Shown one piece after another: positions 13,592-26,653 of a DNA stretch of 64,000 nucleotides. This DNA comes from Nageia nagi (Eukaryota; Plantae; Pinophyta): the NCBI GenBank assembly GCA_050084985.1, contig JBITNC010000001.1, positions 143,716,001 through 143,780,000 of the forward strand, in the 5' to 3' direction. A program made the position numbers and the translations under genes. Each line of letters begins with the position of its first letter. The first letter of the stretch is position 1. The notes below the pieces were generated by a model. It had not been told where the DNA came from. It was given only the letters and a program-made list of their open reading frames with translations, and made no database searches.

Positions 13592-15118
13592 TGTAGACAC
13601 TTAAAAATTACCCTTATTTTGATAAAAGAAAGAAGGGAATAAAATTTTAAATAAATATGAAAGTTTTTTAAATCCTCCTAGTCATTAGCAACCCAATATA
13701 GTCATTGTCAACCTAATCTAATCATCGATGTTTGATACATAATTACCAGTGATCCTACAAATAGAAAAATTTTAAAAATGAAAAAATCAAGGTGCCTAGG
13801 AAAATAAACCAATGGATCTTGTATGACTCATCCTTAACCCTACACCTTTCCCCATGCAGATAAACCTTGTGACAAGGTTGGATGAGCTTTTTTATCCTAT
13901 CCTTGCCTCTAAAATAGCAACTTTGGCCATTCCAAAGCTCTATAAATTAAACATCTTCTAAGGAGAAAAAGATTAAAGTTTTATGCAACAATACTCTAAA
14001 AAAATCCACTCAGACTTGTAGTAGGTGATTGTATTACATTTTGTCATGCTTTCATACTTGCATTACATTGTACTTTCATATGTTTTTAACTATGTGAACA
14101 GGTATGCTTGATATGTTTCTTATTTGTATATGTGCAGAATTTATAGGTGCATGATATTTGGTTTGAGCAAAAGAAAGCCAAAAGACTATTAATCACTCAA
14201 ACATAATCATCAACATTTTCTTGCACATTTTTGGATACACTACTGAAAGCTTGCATACATTGGTACATCCATTCAAAGGAGGTCCAAGGGAACTTATATC
14301 TCCCTCTAATATAATAAAAGTCCTTACTATATAAGGCATTGTTGTACATCACAAATCGATATGAGATTTATCATTATAAATTGATTATTGAGGTATATTC
14401 AAAATTAAATAAAAGAATTATTGTTGGTTATAACATGCTTTGTTCTATTTGCTAAGAGGGTTGTTTTTTAGGTAGTACACCAAGTTATTATATGGTTGGT
14501 CCATTGGGTTTCCTTTTGATACTTATCCATTATCAATGAATCTCTTAATAATATTCCTTAGTTGATTGCATTTATTCATCTTATGTCCCTTATCCTTAAA
14601 CTCATTATCTTTCTACCAAGTTGATTTCTCCTAATTCATATATTTAGGTTTTATTTCTAGGAGATGAACCAATTATGCCTCTAAAATTTTCTTCAATACA
14701 TCCTTGATAGGCTCAGCTAAGGGATTCCTAGGCTTGTGTGGCCCTTATTATAGAGCTTGCCTAGGCCAATAAGCATCATGTTTATGTCCTTGATCTATAT
14801 TGTTAGGCCTAAGTATTTCTTATATCTGAGGTTGTAATAGTAGAGTGGCCCTAGGTGGCCATGGTGGTGCTAATTGTACTAATGGTTGTGTTTGATGTAC
14901 ATCTTATGATACTTGATTGCTTTGAGGTTTTTGGTATGAAGTACTTGGATTATTATTTTTATTATTATGATACTTTGAGTTATTTTCCTCCTTTTTCCTC
15001 AATTTAATTTCCCCATCTTCAACTTTAGGCTCTTTTATTAGTTTTCCTAAGATAAAGCATCTTAAAAGGTATGATGTTCCTAGATACTAACAATAAAAGA
15101 GATGGATTTGCTACAACA
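13592..15118 (+). repeat. 3' LTR of element 1 (~1.5 kb), preceded by a purine tract (13578-13591)
   Basis: aaaaaagggacaaaa then TGTAGACAC; ends GCTACAACA exactly where a - strand gag is cut. Confidence 0.65.
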
Positions 15119-18047
15119 TATATAGAATAACTTCACCAACTCATCTTGGGGGAGGGTGTAATACATATTGGTAACCACTTCCCTCCATCTACCAACATAG
15201 TTTGATATTGACTCATCATTGAACTGGGTTAACTTGCTAAGATCTATAATGGGTGCCCTCTTATGAACATTTATGGAAAAATGATCTAAGAACTTATTGA
15301 CGTACTATTCGAATGAGTATATGCTATGTTTAGTAAGGTTTTTGTACCATTATAATGTTTTTCCTATAAACATGTTGGGAAAGGTCCTAAGCATGACTAT
15401 ATCATTTCTACTAATGATGTAGCACGAATCCTTAAACTATTGAAGGTGCTCTCTAGGATCTTTCTTACCTCAAAACTTATGTATTTTTGGGATTTCAAAA
15501 TTATATGGGAATATCTTGGTTGATACACATAGATGAATTAGTTCATTGCTTATTGAAGTGTAAGACAACCTAGGCTTTTCTTAATCACTAACTTGAAACT
15601 CCATGTATTTCAACCTCTTTAAGATCTCATCATCAATACTCAAAGGTTAGACATTAACCATAACATGTTGCTTAGGGACTTGATTGATAGGCACATCATC
15701 ATAAGAATTATACTGATTATCATATATTGGATCCTAATATTAACTGTAATACTGCTCATGTTATTGAATGTCAAATATGAACTTAGGTGCAAGGTGTGTG
15801 AGATTTCAATACAAAATCCCTCTCGTCATAGATCTTGCAACTCAAGGTAATGGGAAAATGAAGGATATACAAATGACAAGGCTTGAACATAATGATACAA
15901 TGAATTGTACCCAATATCATAATGTGGTATGGAGGATATAATATGAGTATACATGTGAAGATGATCTTCAAGTTTATGTATGTGCACTTGTCTAGATGAC
16001 ACCACCACATAAGAAGAAGAGTGAAATGGTTGTAATAGAGAATCAATTGAGTATAAGTGTGACCCATTCCCTTTGTGAACTCTATATGGGACCTTAGGTT
16101 ATACACATGATATAAGGATATGAGATATGGTAGGACACAATGAAGGTGAAGACTCATACTTAACCATGGGGGGTCACTTACTAGAAAACATTCAAAACAT
16201 GTGCACTCATAGGCTTCTTTAAAAATCTCCTATTTTTAAAATTTACCACCTTATATTTTAATTTATTAAACCCCTCATGGTAAATCCTTATATGATAAAT
16301 AATATTCCTTTTTTAAAAACTTACCATTTTACTAAAAAAATTAAATCAATTTTTAATACCCCTTAATATCATCACTTGGAATTATAGTGATCCAAGACTT
16401 TATCAATTGAAATCAGTATCTTACATTATTTAAAATCATCCAAAATGATGACCTAAGGGAAGACTATCTTGATTATGAAATTAGAGTATAGCTTAGGTCC
16501 TTGGTGATAAAGTCCAAGAGACCTATTTATGGTTTTATTTATAAAGATAAACTCTTGATGACAAAATACAAGTAGCTTCTCCTATGTGTCCAAGTGTAAA
16601 AATTAAAGGTTCTTTTTAAAATGATTTGTACAATGGTTCTTTCCCTTTAGTAGTTTCATAACTTATTTTATCATATAAGATCACCAATAGATGCAAATGG
16701 GAAGCATACTTTGATCTTGTTGTGGTTTTTTAGTGTTCAAATTTATACACTCATAAATAATAGTAAAGAAAGTAGCTTACTTGTAGAATATTTATAGAAT
16801 ACTTTGCACCCCTACCCCTTGCCCTTATAAAATAGTTATCGATATACCAATATTTTAAATTGAAATTGAAAATACCCCCTAGTATGCACTCACATGGCAT
16901 TTACCATTTCCTAATAGTGACCCCTCCATGTACTCAACATGGTGTGAAGGCTCATAACCTAAAGGCTCATATTCCATGTGATATGAAGGCTTAAAATCAT
17001 GTACATGAATAAGTTGGTGCAATGCATTAGGCTAGCATTTAGAATATGGATACCCATAGTAGTATCCAATCCAATCATCAAGTGGAGATGGTGGTGTTCT
17101 ATAAATTAGCAAGATACATGGCTCAAGACTAATAACTTGTAAAGGTGGAGGTTTAGGGGGACCACCAAGAGGTGGCCTGATAAAACATGACAAAATATAA
17201 CTACAACTAGTCTAGTATGTGAAGGAGGTAAATCATATGACATATCACTAGGTGATGGTGATTTAGGATGAAGTAAAGACTCCTTATGATACATCATCTC
17301 AAAAAATTCTTGAATAATGTATCATGTGTATGAGGGATCTAGATGGTACCTAGTGATGGGAGACATAGGGACATCCTCAATGTGACCATCTTGTTCTTCA
17401 AAAATAGTACACCTATACTACAAGAGGAACTGGAGATGAACATGATCTCTCAACAGCATACTAAGCATCCTTGAACTCTTGGTACAAGGTAACTTTTTGA
17501 GATATAGGGGCTCTATGGCACATGTAAGAATGGGAATAGAACTAGATTGGGCATATGGTACAATATGCTTGGATCCACCTTGTATAACATGATATGGATC
17601 AACATGTGAATGATCTATACAATGATGGGATGTAAACTAATCTACATCATGATGGGGAATATGAGATGACGTGACATGTGAAGACTTGACCTTATGATGT
17701 CAGATAGGTTGCATGGAAATAGAAGGACCTCTTACATGAGATGTAGTAGCTCTACAATATGAGACTTGCAATGAGTCTAAATGTTAAAGACTAGCCCTAC
17801 AATATGTCACATGATCTCTCCCCTATAGCTAAGGAGTGGACTCAAGAATATGAAACCTCACTAATGTTTGACCAAAAAAGAGTCTAGGTGATGGATGGAT
17901 GGACTCACATTGAGGTGAGTGATGGGGTGTGTGTAAATTCCTATAGGATAGATGTAAATGAGTAAGATGATGTGGTTGATTTATCTCATTGTTGCATTCC
18001 TCTTCTTCAAGTGGTCAACCTCTATGAAGACCTCTAGTCTCGACCAT
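15119..18047 (-). pseudogene. gag remnant of an older Ty3/gypsy (Tat-like) element 2, with a His/Pro-rich N-terminal region; cut at 15119
   Basis: FPYNFEIPKIHKF*GKKDPREHL..MLRTFP..WYKNL..SIYSFE..FLDHF..Q..DESISNYVGRWREV..LPQDELVKLF (15119-15515); start MVETRG at 18047. Confidence 0.8.
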
Positions 18048-18588
18048 ATTAACCAAGGATTATCATATATGGTATGTGTGTGAATGTGATCAAAATAAAG
18101 AGTGGTATATCAATATATCGAAGAATGTTTAAATAGAAATCAAAGCATACAAGTAAATAAAATAATACGAAAAGTAATAAATCACACAATAAGAAGCTTA
18201 ATTGTTTTGTTCAAATCAATATTATTTAATGTAAATGCAAGTAACATCACAAAGCCTAAATGATGAACACCCACTTCAAAAAGATAAATCTAAATGAAAA
18301 GATAGCAATAGTGATATATAGCAAGTTTCAATTATTTTTCTAATTTATTATTTCTTCAATTGACTTGATGTTTTTAATGAGGGTTGCTTTTAACAATGTA
18401 CTTGTAAATTTTTACATAAAACTTATTATGTTTCCTTAAAAATAATTCTATTCAATTGTTGACAAGGTAAGGATCAATATCTAGGGTTTTAGAACATTTT
18501 TCAAGGGTACTTTGGTACCTCTATAGCAAGCTATACCAAATAGAGGGGGTCTCTCGCTTTGATTTTCAATTCCATGTATGGGTTAGGT

Positions 18589-20758
18589 TGTTGTAATAAT
18601 ATCTACATACCCTAGATACTCCCTAGGGAGGTATGTGATGGAATTTTAGTACAAGTAAGAAAAATAAAATGCAACTCTATGATGTAATGTAAATGTAATT
18701 CAATGCACTTAAACCCCAAATGTTTGTCTTTTCAAAATGAAATCAAGGCACTCCTAACCAATTATGATAAAATAATAAATTTCTTTTATTACCTTTTCAC
18801 ATGGGAAAATAATGTAAATATAGAAATCATTCATATGCATAAAATAAGGATCAAATACACACTACTAGCAATGAAACCCCTTTTGTAATATTTTGAATAT
18901 CAAATACAAAAGTAAATTTCAATGTTCATGCAACAATCCCTCTAATATGGAATGCAAATATTCACTAAAAAGTGGCAAGCCTAAGATGAAATGAAAAAGC
19001 AAATAATATACACCAAGTGCTATAAGAAACACAAATATTTACTAGTGCAAACATTTTCCTTCCTACTCCAAGTTTGATGGATGTAATGAATAATACAATC
19101 CTTTACCATAAATTCATCTACTATAGGGATGATTATAGTTACCATTCTAATCATCTAGATGATCAAGAGTCATCAAGATGACCATAATACACTTAAAGAT
19201 AAAAATTTAAAATTGGAGATTTAAGGTAAAATAGAAATCTTATGACAAGGACACCCAAAATTATAGATAAAATATATAAAGGATTTTTATCACTAGTACA
19301 AATTTGAACTAAGTACAAAAATAGAGCATAAAAATTATTACAGATAGAATCATCATGGACATGGATGACTACATGATCACTTGGGCGACCTATAAGTCAT
19401 CCTATAGGGGGATGCAATATAGTTCAAATCAGTTTGATGTGTGATTATTTACTATGTGCTTAACATTTCTCTTTGAAATTATTAGATTTGATTCTAACCA
19501 ATTCCAGGAACTTATCCTACAAATTTCATCGAAAGTTAACCACAAAAATTCTTTGAATTCAATGAAACATCCAAATTTAAAGGCCACCAAAAATAAGGTA
19601 AATAATTAGAAAATCTTCCTTTTTCTTATGAGCCAAGGACTAGTAGGGTACCACCATAATCACCATGTGTAAATGGGTGACCACTCAAAATACCTATGAG
19701 CAATTCCAAGGATCTTAATTCATTTGCATCTAATTTTCCTATGTGAGTATTAAAAATATTGATAGAGATACAGTTTAGAAGTTATTCTTTATAGTTCAAC
19801 ATTACAAGAAGCTATATAGACTTGAAAGGAGTGATAATAGGTTATCAAAGGCTTTAAACCATAAGTCATTTGGACCTTGTGACCATCCAAGTGGGGTGGA
19901 ATACCAACTCAAAAAGGTTGTGAGCATCCTTTATCCATAATCAAGCAAAGATTAGAAAACATTAAAATGCCTATTATACAAGGATGATCTTGAAACATAA
20001 ATTATATACAAATTTTATATAAGCAAACTTGACAAAGCTAGATGTCAATGTTGACAATGCATGATAACGATTGATCAAAACCTATGCATTTATAAAGAAT
20101 TTTTTAATGTGATCAAATGTTGCAAATGATAATGGATGAAATAAAAATGAAGATAGATATAAATCTAGAAAGACTAATGAAAAAATAAATATCCTTCAAA
20201 CCCTAAGGATTTGACCTTTGTTACCAAAACCTAGGTTAAAACCCTAGGTATGAAGATTAGCCTATAAATGCCTATATGTCAAAAATGCTAAATATAAAAT
20301 AAAAGAGCAGATACAAGTATTTGATATAGATCTATTAAAGCTTTAAAACCTATAAATACTCATGAAATAAATAATCAATAACATAACCTAATCAAATAAC
20401 CACAAGGTACCTCAATCCATAGTGAATGGAGCAATTATCCAAAGGCATGAAGGTGTAAGCTCAAAACATTATTCAAACCACCTATAGGTTATGCAAAGAG
20501 ATTTTCATACCATTTCATGTGGGATTGTACAAATAATTATTTTGAATATGAAGCCTTATATCTTGGACTTAATCAAGCCATTAGGATGGGAATCGGATGC
20601 ATAAATGTATTTGAAGATTCATAGCTTATTGTAAAATAGGTGACTAAAAATACAAGTATAAGCATCATTACTTGAATTCATATAGAAATAGAGTATGGTA
20701 CCTCATGAAATCATTCTTATATATTAACTTAAACGGTATATTTAGAAAATAATAGCTT
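18589..20758 (-). repeat. Probable 5' LTR (partial) of element 2, truncated by element 3
   Basis: - strand ...GATATTATTACAACA at 18589 resembles the element 1 LTR end (GATTTGCTACAACA) and lies upstream of the gag start; non-coding. Confidence 0.45.
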
Positions 20759-23700
20759 TGTAAGAGACAAAAAGTCTCAGTAAAAAAATAATTCTTCCTA
20801 GTCATTAAAACTACTCAAACTTTAATTATTATGTTTCATTTGCCTTACATTTTTGTAATTTCAGTTAATCATATAATTCAAGAAAATGTTGAAATAAAAT
20901 GACACATAAACATTCAATCCATAAGATAATCCCCTAAAAAAATAGTTTGAGTTAAGATATGGAAAAACTCTAGGAATTTCTACACTAGTTAAATGCTTGG
21001 TAGCTATGCTACCTAAAAATATTATTATTATCATCATAATATATCATTTTTACAAAACTTGTATCCATACAAGCATACATTTTCTTCCCTCATGGTGTCA
21101 TTACAAACTAGATCCACCTAGCACATCATGGTTAGATTGTTACAATAATCTCAATCACCAAGGCATAAATGGAATCATAATAATTAATGAATGCTACCTT
21201 TCCTTTATCAAACAACAAGGTTTAAAGTAACATAGCAATATGAAATGCCATTAATCCCTACTTAAGTGTATCTCCACGCACTAGGGATCTAACGCTTAAA
21301 ACACAACTATGAACTAATGAGAATGTAAAACATGGACATCATCATTTAAAAATAAGCTCTAATACCAATGAAAGATATAACATATACATCAAGATACTAT
21401 CACCAATTAGGCTAGATCATAATTAGATGTATTCCATTATTCAATACTAACTCAAATAGCATAAAAATAATAACTAACATAATACACTAAGCCAACATAG
21501 CTATTTCATTTCTCTTAAGTCTATACCAACTTGATAGAAATCACCCTATCTATTCGTAAAATAAGGATAAAATCATTACAAATAGTTTCTTGCATAAAAC
21601 ATCAATGATCAAATCTTATAACCAACCTTAAAATTTGATTCTTCTAATTATTGAATATAGCTTTTAATCCCTAAGGATAGCAATCCTAATCACATGAATC
21701 CATTTAGCAATAACTCATACAATTTCCATATTCTAGGGTAGATAATTCCTAAGTATCTAAGGACTAAGCTTTCCAACTTATCCTTAAACATCTCCTTATT
21801 CATGTCATGAATACAAACATTCAAGGTTTAAGCAAGCTAGAAACCCATAGTGTAAAGATACATAACTAATAAACATCTAGATAAAGTGTAAGCTTTGTGA
21901 ATATTTTCAATTGGCCATTGTTAAGTATCTATAACTTAAATTTAGTATCTTATGTTACCTATCAAATCATGAAATGAGAGTTAACATCTAACTCATCGAT
22001 TATCTATTAGTCAAAGGTTTAACCGATAGGTAAATAATCTTTACTTTGCACCAAAAGTAGATAATTCCTAACTATTATAAGATTCAACCTGATAGTTAAG
22101 GTTTTAAACATCACCTAAATAGATCATAATACCAATATGGAAAACTAATGTCTCTATCATAAATATATCAACTATCATTTCTAAAAGTGAATGTCATTCA
22201 AGGATCTGCTTTAAGGTTATGCTTCAAACCTTTTAAAGAAATATTAATAAAATCTTAATCCTAAGTTTAGTATTATACAAATATCATTAATTTGCATTTT
22301 GCTACTCAATTATTTGTTTAATTGAAAAGAAACCCTTATTAACTTAGAGAATATATATATATATATATATATATATAGATAGATAGATAGATAGATAGAA
22401 TAACCTTATTTAATTTTAAATAAACTACATGCTTTAGTAATCAGTCTAAATCAAGCTATAGGTAGAACAAAGTAATCCATTAGACAAAAATTACTAATCT
22501 TATATTAATTCTAAATTAACATGACTATGAATAATTGTTCAAATCTTTAATTTAAAAAATTATCCTTTTCCAATTAACATTTAATCTCAACTAAATATTT
22601 TTCCTCTTATCTTTTGTGGTGCATGGGCATCTTCAACGGAGTATGACATGAAGTGCATGTCGAAAACCTCCGAGTACCATATTAACATTAAGTTGGATAT
22701 AACACTGATAATGTTATCTGAGAACCTATATGTTTACCATTGGATTGCAATGGAAATCCTTTCCCTCACATTGCACGATATAGGCATTGTATTTGGAATT
22801 CCCTCTATCGTCTCTTCACATACAATGTAGGTATGGTATTTAGAATACCCGTATCCAAGTCACAAAATACAAGATTGTATTTAGTATCATCTGGTTGCCT
22901 TCATAATACATAATTCTGGTATCACCTTGTTGGCTTTGTTTCACATCTTTCAGAGCTCCCACTGTTTCATGTGATGTAAGAATGCTAACAAGATTCTAGA
23001 TTTTGGCTTATCAGCTGATGATTCTTTCATTAGGTTGGGATCATTCATCTATTTCTTTTGAGAAGGAACGAACTAGAAAAATTGATAAAGTTTTAGAGTT
23101 TGGATTTACACCTAATGAATGCGAGTGCTAAAAGCACACATTTCTAGCAGTCAATGCATTCTCGGAGATTGTATCCTCATCTTGCATATTGTTAAACTAC
23201 TCACACCCTTCTCTACGTTTCCATATTTCATCATATAGTCTACCAGCGCACTCATAGCCAACTTCTGATAGATATACATTGATAAAGGGGCTTTAAACTA
23301 ATCTATCCTTTATACAAAACTCTCATTTCAATGCATGTCACAAAGAAGGTAAGTATCTCTATTCAGACTTTCAAAAACTAGACCTGTTTGCCTTTCTTAT
23401 GAGCCCACTCTCCATAGTGGGACGCGTTGGAGGAATACGAAAAAGATTACAGAGTTTGACTTTCATTATTTTACCCATGCATCAATTATTTTTGGATAAA
23501 ATAAATATGGAATTTTTTTGAATCATTGTACCAATCATTCAAAAAGATCTCCATTTTGAAATTCCAATGATCCTTTTTTTTATGAAAACTCTACTTGTAT
23601 GTAGTATTCCGGGAATACAGTAAAAACTCTTAAAAACTTCGTCTCCTCCACTTTGTACCCTGTCTCTCCCCATACTTCAAGATCAAAGTTAGTTTTTAGA

Positions 23701-24300
23701 GTTAATGCATCCACTCAAAGGATAACCCCTAAGATTCCCTCCAAAATGAGTCACATGTCTCTCTGTTAACCAACTCGCCATCACTATCGTCGAGTCCTCC
23801 TTCTCCAAGATTCATCGTAACTCTCCATTATGGAGCTTATGCATAAGGGACACAACCAACGACTGAGCTTAAATAGTTTACTTTCACTTTTTAAATTTGT
23901 TAGAGAAAATCTAATACAAGATTAGGAGTCTCTTAAAATATAGCCACATCAAATAATAAAAGCTAATATTTCCATAATATTATTCAAATACCTTTTTAAA
24001 ATATACATGTTAAGAATTTAAATAATAAATACTTTTCAATTATATCTCTAGTTTCAAAACATAATATCATTATAAATGATTTAACAATTTAATTTCAACA
24101 ATATTAAGGTTAAGTGTTTAATATCTAAAAGCTTATGAAAAGTTAAATATCTAAAGATTATTAGAAATTTCAAAAATTTAATGTAGTTAGCTTTTTAAAA
24201 CTATGCTTATAATAATCAAATCATAAATAATAATTATCATTTTCTCTCATACAAACAAAATACCTCATAAACACAATAGTACCAAAACTGGTCCATGAAA
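20759..24300 (-). repeat. 3' LTR of element 3
   Basis: tgtaagagac...gtccatgaaa; about 89% identical to 26654-30169 in a hand-compared 170-bp sample. Confidence 0.85.
22352..22398. repeat. Compound (TA)n(GATA)n microsatellite; the equivalent site in the other LTR (28303-28321) is a short (TA)n only
   Basis: Direct reading. Confidence 0.9.
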
Positions 24301-24311
24301 TCCTCCCCTAC
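24301..24311 (-). promoter_or_regulatory. Polypurine tract of element 3 (GTAGGGGAGGA)
   Basis: tcctcccctac directly adjacent to the 3' LTR start. Confidence 0.8.
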
Positions 24312-26640
24312 AAGGATTAAACATAGTTCGCTAAGTTTTGTTGAAGAAAGTGATAGAAAAGATAATTTATATCTCTTTTCTCTTCTAAGAAATGAAAATA
24401 AATCAATTCTATAACATGCATACTACTTTTTCAGTACTATCTAAAGGAATTTAAACCTTTTTCAACTTTCAAGTTTCTCAAACAATGTCAAGCATGAAGT
24501 TATGAGGACTCATTTAGTTATTATCCAAAAATTAATCATACTTCTAGAGATAATTTCCTTCACTAATTAGTTTTGAGGAAAGAAAATCAACTTCCCAATC
24601 AAGGTATAACTGTATATTTAGAATCCTAACACTTATTTTCACTTCATAAAAATATGTAGGAAAGCAAAACTCAAGTATTCTCATAGTTCAAGAATCTATG
24701 ACCTGATTCTCTTAGGATTTTACCTAATTTTGTAGTTAGAAATTTTAGTATTTTAACAAGTTTAACATCAAAGTTTCCATGATAAACTTGTTTAGACACC
24801 AAAAGTTTGATTCAAAACTTAAGACAAATTCATCTCATATATAAGTTTGAAGATAATAATAAAATTTCTTTCAAGGAAAAAGTTAAAATATTTAAATCAT
24901 AATATATATTTTCCAACAATACATGGTTTCTCAAGAAAAATTAATTATCACAAGAAAATATCCTTTTTCCAATTCTATATTTCAATAGTTTTCTACTTTA
25001 TTTAACTAAGGTTCTCAATCTACTTATTGAATCTCATTACCTTAGATTAAAAATATTCCATTTAGGAATAGTGTATGATTCTCATGGTCCAAAGTCTTAT
25101 CACATGACCACTTTCAAAAAGTGCAATTATTTATTCACTTTATAACAATGTAATATATCATCATATGCTACAGTCACAAATACATCACTAAGCTTTGATA
25201 GAGTCTTCCCATAAAGATATCTATCTATGACCATTGATTAATCCATCCTAAATCTTCATAATTCATTTGAGGATTATCAACCCATATTATGCATATATCT
25301 ATGATTCTCCATGAATCGATCTATCATAATGGATTGTTAATTGCAAACATTTTTCCCTTAAGCTTTCAATTCCACATTGATCCCTTGGAAATACCTAAAA
25401 GTGGTATTTAGTAATGTGGTCCAACTTTAGGTCTTCAACCATCCTTTCCTGTTGTCACATCCCATGTAGCCAACATTCAATTTATCATTTTTATGAGATA
25501 AAATCTATGGTCTATTTATGAAAAAAAAAAACTAAAATGGTCATAAGTATTTCCTATTTTCAACAACCATTAAAAGATTTTTCTATTCCCAAAAATAGGA
25601 ACATTAAACACTCAAAGGAATTATTCAAGTTATCTCAAATCCATTTTTAACAACATCTAATAGTTTCATAACATATGAAAACTAACATCAATTGTAACAT
25701 ACACCTATTCATCTAGGTAGTCATGATCATTTTTACATATCTGATTTTGGAAATAATTCAAAAAGATAATAGCAAAATGCTTCTAACAAAAGTACAAGCA
25801 TTAATAAAATCACTAGCTCAAATTTAGTTACCTAAATTTGAATTATAAGTGTTAATCCACTAATTTTGTTTAACTCAAAATAAAATTGACAACTTATAAA
25901 TAATATACCTCATCTTCATCCATGAAGTTTCCTAGAATGTTGTTGCAACTTCACTCTAACAACATGTAATTATATCCTCACATAAATAATTACCATAAGC
26001 CATGATCTACTTCTACACTTTTATAAGAATAATGAACATTCATTGTAATCTCATTTACTAAAGCAATCATTGGAGACAAGGCTAGTCTTATATTAAGGTT
26101 GACATCAAATGTTACTTCTTCCCAAAAGTTCAACATTTTAGCATTACTAAAGTTAGATTCTTAAATCCTATCTCTTAATGCAATTCAACTTAACTTATCT
26201 GTTCCTATAGATAAAATTAACAAGATTCAACATATCAAGAATTTACCTTCCTTATAATCCTAAAATGTCTAACATTATCTTTTTTCAAAGCACTGACTCC
26301 TTAAATATGTCACATCCCAAAATTTTTGCATTCTATAATATCAAATATGGTTATCAGCATACAAGCATGTATAATATTATTCCACAAATAATCCATTCAT
26401 CCTATCCTAAAAAGGATAACTATGTAGTTAGCATCTAAACATTAGATAGCTAAACAATTTGAGAAAAACAATTATAGAGATTATTCTATATATAATATCT
26501 TTATCAAGAACACAAAATGAAAATGTTTTGCCATCTTTTCTTCTCAATTTTCTTACTTGTATGCATTATCAAACATACCTAAACCTATCACATATTTGCA
26601 AAAGGTAGTTAGCCTAATAGGTCCAAGCACTTTAACATGA

Positions 26641-26652
26641 TCTTTGATACCA
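26641..26652 (-). promoter_or_regulatory. Primer binding site, tRNA-iMet type (TGGTATCAAAGA vs consensus TGGTATCAGAGC)
   Basis: tctttgatacca, 1 nt from the 5' LTR end. Confidence 0.8.
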
Positions 26653-26653
26653 A

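Larger units (their letters stand above)
1..15118 (+). mobile_element. Tat/Ogre-type LTR retrotransposon (element 1), 3' half; the 5' part lies outside the window
   Basis: pol remnant, long 3' region with extra ORFs, purine tract plus TGTAGACAC LTR start at 13592, and ...TACAACA at 15118 abutting an interrupted gag. Confidence 0.75.

Noticed and set aside
15146-15165. TTGGGGGAGGG-TGTAAT as a PPT plus LTR start
   Set aside because: It is the reverse complement of in-frame gag codons (YYTLPQDELV)
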